Below, piece after piece: positions 54,238-63,395 of a stretch of DNA of 64,000 bases. The first letter of the stretch is position 1. Every line of letters begins with the position of its first letter. The position numbers and the translations under genes are program-made. Origin of the DNA: an uncultured Oscillospiraceae bacterium. GTDB lineage: Bacteria; Bacillota; Clostridia; Oscillospirales; Oscillospiraceae. The DNA is taken from the NCBI GenBank assembly GCA_910587645.1, contig CAJUNA010000024.1:25381-89380 (forward strand), written 5' to 3'. A model generated the notes under the pieces. That model was not told the origin of the DNA. It saw only the letters and a list, made by a program, of their open reading frames with translations, and did no database searches.

Positions 54238-54400
54238 GGCTTGTTTGAAAAATGTCAAAACGCCCAAGCGATGGATCTTTTTCCGCTGCACAGCGTTAAA
54301 AAATCTTGAAATACACAGAGTATTCCTGCGATTTTTTGCCTTGTCCATCGAAAAAATCTCTCGCTTTTGGTCATTCTGCCATTTATCAAACAAGCCCTAG
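54235..54400. mobile_element. MITE-like element, type-2 termini with the shared core (copy D)
   Basis: Terminal inverted repeats TAGGGCTTGTTTGAAAAATG / CATTTATCAAACAAGCCCTA, with arms extending imperfectly to about 45 nt. TA dinucleotides sit at both ends, the left one within the TAG stop of the HAD gene. The core at 54283-54364 is the reverse complement of 35364-35455. Confidence 0.6.
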
Positions 54401-54437
54401 TATCTGAACATGATTCGATAAATTGAGGAGGAGCACT

Positions 54438-55085
54438 ATGGAACATATTTCTCAACAGATTGCAAAGGATCTGCTCAAAATCAAGGCCGTATTTTTCCGC
54501 CCGGAGGAGCCGTTCACCTGGGCCAGCGGCATCAAAAGCCCGGTCTACTGTGACAACCGCCTGACCCTCACCGCCCCAGAGGTGCGCAGCGGCGTAGAGA
54601 ACGCGTTAGCGGAGACCATCCGCCGGGAATATCCGGAAGCGGAAGTCCTCATGGGCACATCCACGGCAGGCATTGCACACGCTGCCATTACAGGCCACAT
54701 ATTAGGCCTGCCCATGGGCTATGTCCGCTCCGGCAGCAAGGATCACGGCCGTCAAAATCAGATTGAGGGCAAGCTGGAAAAAGGCCAGAAGGTAGTTGTG
54801 GTGGAGGACCTGATCTCCACCGGCGGCAGCGTCATTGAGGTGGTCAACGTCCTGCGGGAAGCTGGGGCGGAGGTGCTGGGGATTGTCAGCATTTTTACCT
54901 ACGGGATGCAGAAGGGCCTGGACCGCCTGGCGGCGGCAAATGTGAAAAACGTCAGCCTGACCAACTTTGACGTAATCGCCCAAGTGGCGGCTGACGAGAA
55001 TTATATCAAGCCCGAGGACGTCGCCCGCCTGATTGCCTTCCGCAACAACCCGTCGGACGAGAGCTGGATTGGAGGAAACAAGTAA
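54438..55085 (+). CDS. pyrE: Orotate phosphoribosyltransferase
   Basis: 215 aa from ATG 54438 (GAGGAGGAG upstream). Contains F.WASGIKSPVYCDNR and VVVVEDLISTGGS. Confidence 0.92.
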   Translation: MEHISQQIAKDLLKIKAVFFRPEEPFTWASGIKSPVYCDNRLTLTAPEVRSGVENALAETIRREYPEAEVLMGTSTAGIAHAAITGHILGLPMGYVRSGSKDHGRQNQIEGKLEKGQKVVVVEDLISTGGSVIEVVNVLREAGAEVLGIVSIFTYGMQKGLDRLAAANVKNVSLTNFDVIAQVAADENYIKPEDVARLIAFRNNPSDESWIGGNK

Positions 55086-56009
55086 ATGGAAAACGTAAGA
55101 AGCCTGATTAACATTTTAGATCTGTCTGTGGAAGAGATTGACGGGATGGTAGCCCTGGCCACCAAGATGCTGGCGGATCCCGCCGCCTACGCCCATAAGT
55201 GCGATGGCAAAATCTTAGCCACCCTGTTCTTCGAGCCGTCCACCCGCACCCGTCTGAGCTTTGAGTCCGCCATGCTGAGCCTGGGCGGGCAGGTACTGGG
55301 CTTTTCGGAAGCGTCCAGCTCCTCCGCCGCCAAGGGCGAGAGCGTAGCGGACACCGTGCGCACAGTAAGCTGCTACAGCGATATCATTGCCATGCGCCAC
55401 CCCAAGGAGGGCGCGCCTCTGGTTGCCAGCCAGCACTCCTTGGTACCAGTCATCAACGCGGGAGATGGCGGACACAACCACCCCACCCAGACCCTCACCG
55501 ACCTGCTGACCATCCACCATGAGAAGGGCCGTTTTGACAACCTGACCGTAGGCTTCTGCGGCGACCTGAAGTTTGGCCGCACGGTTCACTCCCTGATTTC
55601 GGCCATGAGCCGGTATGCCGGGGCAAAGATCGTCCTGGTTTCCCCGGAGGAACTGAAACTGCCCAGCTATGTCAAGAAGGAAGTCCTCCAGAAAAACGGC
55701 ATCCCTTATGAGCAGACCACAGACTTAGAACCGGTCATGCCGGAGCTGGACATTTTGTATATGACCCGCGTCCAGCGCGAGCGTTTCTTCAACGAGGAAG
55801 ACTATCTGCGTCTGAAGGACAGCTATATCCTAACCCCGGACAAGCTTCACAACGCGAAGGCGGACCTGAGCATCCTGCATCCTCTGCCGCGCGTCAATGA
55901 GATTTCGGTAGCGGTGGACCAAGACCCCCGCGCGGCGTATTTCCGGCAGGTACGTTATGGGCGGTATATCCGCATGGCGCTGATTATGAAGCTGCTGGGG
56001 ATTGCGTGA
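55086..56009 (+). CDS. pyrB: Aspartate carbamoyltransferase catalytic subunit
   Basis: 307 aa containing [13 protein letters not shown] and HPLPR. Confidence 0.93.
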   Translation: MENVRSLINILDLSVEEIDGMVALATKMLADPAAYAHKCDGKILATLFFEPSTRTRLSFESAMLSLGGQVLGFSEASSSSAAKGESVADTVRTVSCYSDIIAMRHPKEGAPLVASQHSLVPVINAGDGGHNHPTQTLTDLLTIHHEKGRFDNLTVGFCGDLKFGRTVHSLISAMSRYAGAKIVLVSPEELKLPSYVKKEVLQKNGIPYEQTTDLEPVMPELDILYMTRVQRERFFNEEDYLRLKDSYILTPDKLHNAKADLSILHPLPRVNEISVAVDQDPRAAYFRQVRYGRYIRMALIMKLLGIA

Positions 56010-56027
56010 TAGGGAGGGCGAAAAGAA

Positions 56028-56447
56028 ATGACGATTGATTCGATTAAAAACGGGATTGTGATTGACCATATTGCCGCTGGAAAGGCGATGGATCTATACA
56101 ACATTTTGGGGTTAGGCGGACTGGACTGCACGGTAGCGATTTTAAAAAATGTAGTCAGCGGCAAGCTTGGCCGGAAAGACATCATCAAAATTGACAGCAT
56201 TTTAGAATTAGATTGGGACATCATCGGCTATGTAGACCCAAACATCACAGTCAACATCATCAAGGACGGCGAGCGTCTGGAGAAGCGGCAGCTCAAGCTT
56301 CCTGAGACCATCACCGGTGTGATCCACTGCAAGAATCCCCGCTGTATCACTTCCATCGAGCAGGAGCTTCCCCAGGTATTCAAGCTGACGGACCGGAGCA
56401 AACGGGTATACCGCTGTCTCTACTGCGAGACCCAGGCGGGGAAATAG
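56028..56447 (+). CDS. pyrI: Aspartate carbamoyltransferase regulatory subunit
   Basis: 139 aa containing IKNGIVIDHI and the zinc motif CKNPRC...YRCLYC. Confidence 0.9.
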   Translation: MTIDSIKNGIVIDHIAAGKAMDLYNILGLGGLDCTVAILKNVVSGKLGRKDIIKIDSILELDWDIIGYVDPNITVNIIKDGERLEKRQLKLPETITGVIHCKNPRCITSIEQELPQVFKLTDRSKRVYRCLYCETQAGK

Positions 56448-56491
56448 TTCTGCCCTTTGGCTCTTGGGGCCTGCCCGGCCCCAAACCCCAG

Positions 56492-56521
56492 GGTTACTTT
56501 TCGTACGGGCGAAAAGTAACC
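56492..56521. repeat. Perfect 12-bp-stem palindrome, TACTTTT..AAAAGTA family
   Basis: GGTTACTTTTCG TACGGG CGAAAAGTAACC, followed by AAAAGCCCGCGC. Confidence 0.65.
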
Positions 56522-56890
56522 AAAAGCCCGCGCAAGGGGGGCCAGCCCCCCTTGCGAATCCCCCTGAATTTTTGTTTTCCTTTTGATATGCTGCTGGTGT
56601 TCTGCCGATAGTGCGTGGACTTTGTGCGCCGGACTTTTTCGTCTACCCACGGGCATTTTGTGGGTGCCTACCTTTTTTGTTTTGGGTACTCCCGGCGCGC
56701 GGGGAGTAACAATCCCCCGTGCCGCGTCTCACGCGGCAACCAGCACCTCGATAGAACTGTGCGCAGAAGTAAGCACCGGCATCGGCCCAATGCACTGGAG
56801 ATAGAACAACAAGTCCAAAGGTCGTAGCGCAAAATAATTACTCCCCGTAATAAATAATGGGTTTTAAGCCGCAGGTTTAAATGATTTTTT

Positions 56891-56920
56891 GGTTACTTTT
56901 TGTTCACACAAAAAGTAACC
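56891..56920. repeat. Perfect 13-bp-stem palindrome, TACTTTT..AAAAGTA family
   Basis: GGTTACTTTTTGT TCAC ACAAAAAGTAACC, followed by CCGCGCCC. Confidence 0.65.
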
Positions 56921-56953
56921 CCGCGCCCTCTCAGACGAAAAAGGAGAAACTCC

Positions 56954-57445
56954 ATGCCTATTGACCATATCCCCCAACCGGACATTTTACCAATCTCTGA
57001 GACCCTCCGGCTGAGAAAATACGATGGAACCCATGATTTTGCCCTATCCTGGTACACAGACCCGGAGACCGTCTGGATGGTAGACGGTGATCGGGATGTT
57101 TACACACCGGAAAAGCTGCATAAAATGTACACCCATCAGGATACCCACGGCGAATTGTACTTCATCGAATGGAAAGAAAATGCCTGCTGGCGTCCCATAG
57201 GGGACGTCTGTCTCTCACCAGATGACTTCGCCATCGTCATTGGAGAAAAATCCCTCCGCGGCAAGGGCGTAGGCAAGGCTGCCGTCTCCGCGCTGATAGC
57301 CCGCGCCCGGGGCTTAGGCTGGGCATGCGTCCGCGTTGGCGACATTTACGACTTCAACGTCCCTTCCCAAGCCCTGTTCACCTCCCTGGGCTTCCAGCCG
57401 GAGGGAAAGACGGAAAAAGGGCGCAGCTACATCCTGCCCCTCTGA
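56954..57445 (+). CDS. GNAT family N-acetyltransferase
   Basis: 163 aa from ATG 56954 (AAAGGAGAA upstream). Acetyl-CoA motif RGKGVGKAAVSALIARA. Confidence 0.8.
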   Translation: MPIDHIPQPDILPISETLRLRKYDGTHDFALSWYTDPETVWMVDGDRDVYTPEKLHKMYTHQDTHGELYFIEWKENACWRPIGDVCLSPDDFAIVIGEKSLRGKGVGKAAVSALIARARGLGWACVRVGDIYDFNVPSQALFTSLGFQPEGKTEKGRSYILPL

Positions 57446-57458
57446 AAGGAGAACCCTT

Positions 57459-58802
57459 ATGGACGTTATTGCCGCTATCTCTACCGGAAACGCCCTCTCC
57501 GCCATCGGCATCGTCCGGGTGTCGGGAGAGGGCTGCTTTGATGTGTGCCAAGCCGTATTCCGCCCCCCGTCGGGCAAGCCCTTCGCCGCCCTCCGCCCCC
57601 GGGAAATGACACTGGGCCGCCTCATGGATTGCGAAGGCCGGGCCATCGACTCCTGCCTGGCCGTCCGCTTCCCCGGCCCTGGCAGCTACACAGGGGAGGA
57701 CTGCGCCGAATTCCACTGCCACGGCTCACCGGCAGTACTCAGCGAAGCCCTCCGCGCCCTGTTCGCCGCCGGGGCGCGGCAAGCCGGCCGTGGGGAATTT
57801 ACCAAACGGGCCTTTCTCAACGGCCAACTGGATCTGACCCAGGCGGAAGCCGTCATCGACCTGATTGAATCGGAAACTGCCCAAGCGGCCCACAACGCCG
57901 CAGCGCAGTTAGGCGGCGCCCTGCGCCGGAAGCTGGAGCCGGTTTATGACAGCCTGCTGGATATCGCCAGCCAGTTCTATGCCGTAGTGGACTACCCCGA
58001 CGAAGATATCGAGGACCTGCCAAAGGAAGCCATCCTAAAAACCTTGACCCAGGCGGAGCAAACCCTGGAAGCCCTCTCCGCCACAGCCCGCCGGGGGCAA
58101 ATCCTGCGCCAGGGCGTCCCTACCGCCATCCTGGGCAAACCCAACGTGGGCAAAAGCTCCCTTCTCAACGCGCTGCTGGGCTACGACCGCGCCATCGTCA
58201 CCGATGTGGCGGGAACCACCCGCGACACGGTAGAGGAGCGGGTGGTAACCGGCGGCGTATTACTGCGTCTCACCGACACCGCCGGCATCCGGGAGACCGG
58301 GGACGAGGTCGAACGCCTGGGCGTAGCCCGCTCCCGGCAGGCGGCGGCAGGGGCGGACCTGGCCCTGCTGGTGCTGGACGGCTCCCGCCCCCTGGACAGG
58401 GAAGATGAAGCCGCCCTGGAAGCGGCGAAGCAGGCCCCGCACCTGCTGGTGCTGTCCAACAAGTGCGACCTGCCCCAGCAATTGACGTTCCCCAACGCGC
58501 TCCCCATCTCCGCCAAGGACGGAACCGGCCTAGCCGCCCTGGAGGAAGCGATTCAGGCTCTCTACCCCAACGGCGGTGCTCCCACCGGTGAAATCCTCAC
58601 CAATACCCGCCAAGCGGAAGCCATCGCCCGCAGCTTGGAAGCCCTGCGCGGCGCAAAGGCCGCCCTTACGGGCGGCCTGACTCCGGACGCGGTCCTGTCT
58701 GACGCTGAACGGGCTATGACCGCCCTGGGGGAGGTCACGGGCAAAACCCTGCGGGAGGATTTGACGGCCCGGATTTTTGAACGGTTCTGCGTGGGGAAAT
58801 AG
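57459..58802 (+). CDS. mnmE: tRNA modification GTPase MnmE
   Basis: 447 aa from ATG 57459. N-terminal IAAISTG....AIGIVRVSG, G-domain GKPNVGKSSLLNAL and DTAG, and the C-terminal FCVGK. Confidence 0.93.
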   Translation: MDVIAAISTGNALSAIGIVRVSGEGCFDVCQAVFRPPSGKPFAALRPREMTLGRLMDCEGRAIDSCLAVRFPGPGSYTGEDCAEFHCHGSPAVLSEALRALFAAGARQAGRGEFTKRAFLNGQLDLTQAEAVIDLIESETAQAAHNAAAQLGGALRRKLEPVYDSLLDIASQFYAVVDYPDEDIEDLPKEAILKTLTQAEQTLEALSATARRGQILRQGVPTAILGKPNVGKSSLLNALLGYDRAIVTDVAGTTRDTVEERVVTGGVLLRLTDTAGIRETGDEVERLGVARSRQAAAGADLALLVLDGSRPLDREDEAALEAAKQAPHLLVLSNKCDLPQQLTFPNALPISAKDGTGLAALEEAIQALYPNGGAPTGEILTNTRQAEAIARSLEALRGAKAALTGGLTPDAVLSDAERAMTALGEVTGKTLREDLTARIFERFCVGK

Positions 58803-58803
58803 G

Positions 58804-59619
58804 CTATCCCGTAGCCTTTTGCTTTGGGATTTGGATGGTAATAGTGATTTTCTCCTCGCTGTCCTGCCGCTGGAACTGCGCGTCCACTCCGGCGCGGCGG
58901 ATGGTCTCCATGCCCCGGTCCACGCTGTTGAGGAACAGCCGGACGTCTTTGATGATGTAGAGCCGCTTTTTTCCCTTCCCCTCCTTTTGTTTTTTTTGAA
59001 GCTGGGCTTCTATGTACTCCTCTGCCGCCGCTACAGTCATCTGCTTTTCGCCGATGTACCGCAGGGCGTCCATCCGCGCCTCCTCGCCCTCCAGCCGCAG
59101 CAGTGCCCGGGCGTGGCGCTCGGTCAGTTCATATTTCCGCAGCAGCTCGCCGCAGGCGGGACTGAGTTTCAGCAGCCGCAGCTTATTTGCCACCGCAGGC
59201 TGGGAGCGTCCCAGCCGCCGGGCGGCTTCCTCCTGGCTCATGCCGTAAGTAGTGATAAGTTTGGAGATCGCGGCAGCTTCTTCCAGATAATGGAGGTCGC
59301 TTCGCTGCAAGTTTTCCACCAGGGCCAGCAGCGCGCTGTCCTGCGGCGAGGCCTTGACAAGGATGCAGGGCACATGGCTCAGCCCCGCCAGCCCAGCGGC
59401 CCGGAGCCGCCGCTCTCCCGCCACCAGGACATATCCCCCGGGCGTTTTCTGTACGCTCAAGGGCTGTAGGACGCCGTGCTGCCGGATAGATTCCGCCAGC
59501 TCCCGCAAGGGCTGTTCCGGAAAATGGCGGCGGGGCTGGCGCGGGTTAGGGCTGATGCGCTCGATGGGCAGCATATGGATGCGCCCAGACTGAAACAGGG
59601 TGTTTTTCATAGTCTGCAT
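58804..59619 (-). CDS. noc: ParB/Spo0J-family protein, Noc-like
   Basis: 271 aa from ATG 59619 (GGAGGGG upstream). ParB box (LVAGERRLRAA), HTH (QEEAARRLGRSQPAVANKLRLL), and a C-terminal segment (IKDVRLFLNSVDRGMETIRRAG..ITITIQIPK) resembling Noc. Confidence 0.75.
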   Translation of the reverse strand: MQTMKNTLFQSGRIHMLPIERISPNPRQPRRHFPEQPLRELAESIRQHGVLQPLSVQKTPGGYVLVAGERRLRAAGLAGLSHVPCILVKASPQDSALLALVENLQRSDLHYLEEAAAISKLITTYGMSQEEAARRLGRSQPAVANKLRLLKLSPACGELLRKYELTERHARALLRLEGEEARMDALRYIGEKQMTVAAAEEYIEAQLQKKQKEGKGKKRLYIIKDVRLFLNSVDRGMETIRRAGVDAQFQRQDSEEKITITIQIPKQKATG

Positions 59620-59883
59620 AAAAAATTCCCCTCCGCAGTTTTTCTCCATTTTACGGCTTGTCCGCCGCAAAAGGGAGCAAATCCTGTCGGAGGGGGAATT
59701 TTATTTTTCGGCTGGCGCACCGCTATCGCCGGAGACCGTTTCCCGTCTGTTTTCCCCATACTTTTTCTCAGGAGATCATTTGTCAAGGGGGATTTCATCC
59801 AAATACAACTTCTCTGCAAACTGGAATTGGAAGCCGGAGAAAGCTACATGTTATAGAGCCAAACCGGTAGCCCGGATTGTGCA

Positions 59884-60633
59884 TCACGACCGCACCAGTT
59901 TCCACAGTTTTCGGACAAATTCGGCGCACTCCGCGCCTGAAAATCCCATTGGTGGGCGCTCAGGATAAAATGATCCAAGATAGTTCCGGATAACCCGTTC
60001 GCCAAATTCTTTTCCTTCAAAATCCGGCACATGTTCTTGATATAGTTCCAGAATCCGGTATTTGTTTAGCGTCATTTCTCCGAAATGTAACTGTGCAGCC
60101 GTAGCCGCTTTATAGGCCAAAAACATAGCTTTCGGATGAGTCGGCCCCATGGTCTCCACCCGCTTATCGAGCATGGCAAGCCATGGAGCGGCAGCTTTAG
60201 CAGGGTTGGGGCAGGGCGGCAGGACGCGGTTCAGTTCGTCCCCGTACAGCAGGATATGGTGAGCATATAAATCGAACATTGTGGTCGAAAACAACGAATA
60301 CGGTGCCGGAACAGTAGCCTCTTCCTGAGTTTTCGGCAGCGCACTCTCTGGGGAAGTACTGAAATCAATCCCGCCAGGACAATGTGAGGGAAAAGCCCTG
60401 GTTCCCTTCAACTCTTCCAGTGTATTTTGCAGCCATTGGATATCCCGCTCGATTAGCGAGTTATCTGCACCCCGTATAATCACACCGACATCCAGGTCAC
60501 TGCTGCAATCCAACCAGTCACCTCTGCAATAAGAACCGGATAAATATACCGAGCGGATGGCAGGAAGATATGCGTGACTGAGTGCATCTTGTAATCCGTT
60601 CACAATTGCTTCCGCCAATTTTAGGGTTCCCAT
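59884..60633 (-). CDS. Nucleotidyltransferase-domain protein with a helical C-terminal domain (AadA-like architecture)
   Basis: 249 aa from ATG 60633 (GGAGGAA upstream). Pol-beta-type NTase motif GSYCRGDW..SDLDVGV, then a ~150-aa helical region. The gene is lower in G+C than the core genes. Confidence 0.65.
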   Translation of the reverse strand: MGTLKLAEAIVNGLQDALSHAYLPAIRSVYLSGSYCRGDWLDCSSDLDVGVIIRGADNSLIERDIQWLQNTLEELKGTRAFPSHCPGGIDFSTSPESALPKTQEEATVPAPYSLFSTTMFDLYAHHILLYGDELNRVLPPCPNPAKAAAPWLAMLDKRVETMGPTHPKAMFLAYKAATAAQLHFGEMTLNKYRILELYQEHVPDFEGKEFGERVIRNYLGSFYPERPPMGFSGAECAEFVRKLWKLVRS

Positions 60634-60797
60634 AAGCATTTCCTCCACATACATTTAGCTCCGTTAGGGATTATCAACTCTCTGACAAGTTTAGATTTAT
60701 CCGTTTGATATGAGAAAAGTATACCACCATCGCAAGCGGCTTTCAACCTCAAATATTTCTCAGAGGTGCAGTACGCCCCAGAGCTGTTTCCTTTTAA

Positions 60798-61275
60798 TCA
60801 CTTGGAGCATCCGGCCATAAGTGGTGGACAACTTGGTATCATAGCGACAGGGAGCGGCCTGCACCGGAGTTGGGGACGCATGCGCTCCCTACTGGCTTTG
60901 ACAGTGCTTTCGCGCAGATGATGGAGGTGCAGGGAAAAAGTGCTGTTTCTGTGGAACAGCCGGTACTGGAAAGCCTGATGCTGGCCCAAGCTCTCGGCCA
61001 GATCACAGGCATAGAAATTCCCCGTAATGTCCAAACCGTGTTCCAGGGCATAGCTTTTGAGGGTAGCATAGCCCTCAGAAATGTCCCAGCGGCCCCGGCA
61101 GCAGAGATATAAATAATGCCCGGCGGGCTTCTCTATGTAATGGGGAAGTCCGCTTTTTCTTTGATGCGGGTGTATAGAGATAGCTGATGGCCCCCGGTCC
61201 GCCCTGTTCCACAGCATTGCGTCTGCCGTGCTGCTGTTGAAATACTGGGATCGCTATGGATATTGAGGGGATCAT
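60798..61275 (-). pseudogene. Degraded GyrI-like/MerR effector-binding domain gene
   Basis: Two overlapping frames carry fragments. One is recognisable: IEKPAGHYLYLCCRGRWDISEGYATLKSYALEHGLDITGNFYA, the C-terminal half of a GyrI-like domain. No HTH domain and no clean start are present. Confidence 0.4.
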
Positions 61276-61301
61276 TTCATGGTACTCAGTTTATGCCGCT
61301 A

Positions 61302-62615
61302 CTACCTCTTAGCCTTATTGAAAAGCAGTTGGAGCATGATAGCTGTACAAGCCGTTGCAGCTTCACTTAAAGATTGACAAATCCAAATTGTCTCCCGCCC
61401 GAAAATCAGCGGAAGGGTTATCATCAGAACGGACGGCCAAAGCAAACTGCGCGACAATGAAATAATCAAGGCTCCTTTTGTGCTGGCTGTAGACTGCCAA
61501 AATGAAATCATTAAAATGTTAAAGCCAGCCAGGAAAAAACCGCAAAAATAAGCCGTACTTTTGCTCTGAGCGAACGCGACCAGCTCCAAATCATTGGGTG
61601 AAAAAATCGAAAAAAAGTCCCCTGCAAAAAAGGCGATCAGCCCGTAACTTATGATGCCAGCCCCTAAAAAAATTCCTGTGGAGAACCGCAGCATATCGCG
61701 GTTTTTCTTTTCTGCTCCAATCGCCATGAAGTAACTGAAAACCGACTGAAGTCCCTCCGCCATTCCAAGGAAGATTGTCAGGAGTATCAACATCAGATAA
61801 CCGATTACCAGATACGCCGCCAGCCCAATTTCCCCAAATCCAAAATATTTAATGGCAAAATTATAGATAAATGTAGCCATCCCTATGGTAAACTCCATGA
61901 TAAACGATGGAAAACCATAAAACAGGATTTGTTTTATATCTTTTGACTGCAAGGAACAGCATATAAAATAAAGCTGACCTTTCTTCAAGATAAAGTGCGG
62001 CAGGAGAATTAAAACACTGAAAACCGGCCCTACCGCAGTCGCCAGGGCAGCGCCCGCAATTCCCATATCCAGCGGATACATGAATACATAGTCCAAGACA
62101 ATGTTGGATACCGCCCCCAATATTATTGCGGTCATGGCCAGCTTGGGCCGGCCATCATTCCGAACCATACTGCCCAACAGGAAACTAAACAACTGAAAGG
62201 GCGCAAATGTAACAATATACCAAAGATAGGTTGCTGCTTCATCCAGAATATCTGGTGTAGCCCCCAGCAGTTCCGCTAAAGGACGGAGCAGCAGATTGCC
62301 TGCCAAAGCAATCAAAAGCCCAGTACTGCCAATCATCCAGATGGCGGTATTGAATATTTTTTGAGCTGCAATTATCTTTCCTTGACCTAATCGGGCAGCG
62401 ATCATGACTGCTGCACCGGAAGCCACCGCAAGAGCCAGAGAAATCAGTATTTCAATCAGAGGAACGGATACCGCCGCTGCCGCCATAGCGTCCCGGCCCA
62501 AACGGTTGCCTATGAAAACACCATCCACAATCGTATAGATAGAATTGAACAATAACCCGACCATTTGCGGGACAGCGTATCGGAAAAATAGGGTATGGGT
62601 CTTTCCTTCATACAT
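61302..62615 (-). CDS. MATE family efflux transporter
   Basis: 437 aa from ATG 62615 (AGGAGG upstream). 12-TM pattern with FRYAVPQMVGLLFNSIYTIVDGVFIGN. AT-richer codon usage. Confidence 0.85.
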   Translation of the reverse strand: MYEGKTHTLFFRYAVPQMVGLLFNSIYTIVDGVFIGNRLGRDAMAAAAVSVPLIEILISLALAVASGAAVMIAARLGQGKIIAAQKIFNTAIWMIGSTGLLIALAGNLLLRPLAELLGATPDILDEAATYLWYIVTFAPFQLFSFLLGSMVRNDGRPKLAMTAIILGAVSNIVLDYVFMYPLDMGIAGAALATAVGPVFSVLILLPHFILKKGQLYFICCSLQSKDIKQILFYGFPSFIMEFTIGMATFIYNFAIKYFGFGEIGLAAYLVIGYLMLILLTIFLGMAEGLQSVFSYFMAIGAEKKNRDMLRFSTGIFLGAGIISYGLIAFFAGDFFSIFSPNDLELVAFAQSKSTAYFCGFFLAGFNILMISFWQSTASTKGALIISLSRSLLWPSVLMITLPLIFGRETIWICQSLSEAATACTAIMLQLLFNKAKR

Positions 62616-62703
62616 GGGATATAACCTCCTATCGCATATAAAAAGACAGGCCAATGCTGCTGCACTGGCCTGTCACGCTGAAATAATTCAGTGGGTCCCA
62701 GGT

Positions 62704-63078
62704 TTATTTGGGGGATTTATTCTTTGCCCGCGCAAGTTCAATGGCATCCCGTTTTTCCCGCTCGTTTTCGATGATACGGATTGTTCCAAAGGCAATCACA
62801 CTTCGGAAATGCGATGTGTATTCTTCTGGAATGACCTCGTCCTTGTCAATGACGCAGAATGATACTTTATTGTCCCGCTTGACCGCATCCAGCTTATGGC
62901 CGGCTTTTGCGCAGTGAAAATATATATGTGTATCATAATACGCATAGCTGATGGGGACTGCATAAGGATAGCCGTTATCTCCCTGCACAGCCAGTACGCC
63001 AGATGTTCCACGCATCAATACTGCGATACTTTCTTCCAGAGAAAGTTCTTGCTTTTTACGGCGCATTTCACGAAACAT
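62704..63078 (-). CDS. Pyridoxamine 5'-phosphate oxidase-family FMN-binding protein (Nim-like)
   Basis: 124 aa containing MRRKKQELS..E....L..G..GVLA......YPY.VP.S, typical of this split-barrel family. Confidence 0.75.
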   Translation of the reverse strand: MFREMRRKKQELSLEESIAVLMRGTSGVLAVQGDNGYPYAVPISYAYYDTHIYFHCAKAGHKLDAVKRDNKVSFCVIDKDEVIPEEYTSHFRSVIAFGTIRIIENEREKRDAIELARAKNKSPK

Positions 63079-63395
63079 AGTTTTAACCCCTCACTTCATC
63101 CAAAAAAACAAACGCCTGTTGTCCATTCCTTCTATGGCCTAACGGAATGGAAACAGACACTACCCGGCGGCAAATAATTATGGAGTAAGGGTAGCATATA
63201 GGAAGCAAAAAGTCAATCAAATTTTTGCTGCGCGTGTTGCTCAGATTTTTAGGAAAATGGGGAATCCCTCTTGACAACCATTGTGGCCTGTTTGTTCATT
63301 TCATGGCATAATTCCGGCATTTTGTTACATACGGGATTGTATTCTGGCCTTCCCTTTGATAATCTAACAGTACAAGGATAAACGTGGTGGTGGAT

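Noticed and set aside
56583-56804. 73-aa plus-strand ORF (and the 78-aa minus-strand ORF 56420-56656) in the pyrI-GNAT spacer
   Set aside because: Both are built from the palindromic repeats and GC hairpins. They have no SD and implausible composition. The region is better treated as structured non-coding DNA.
56448-56953. Possible oriC, RNase P RNA, tmRNA, SRP RNA or 6S RNA near mnmE
   Set aside because: No TTATCCACA-type box cluster is present, and none of the signature motifs was seen: the RNase P GGAAAGUCCGG-type P4 motif, a tmRNA tag ORF with a tRNA-like end, or the SRP domain IV motif.
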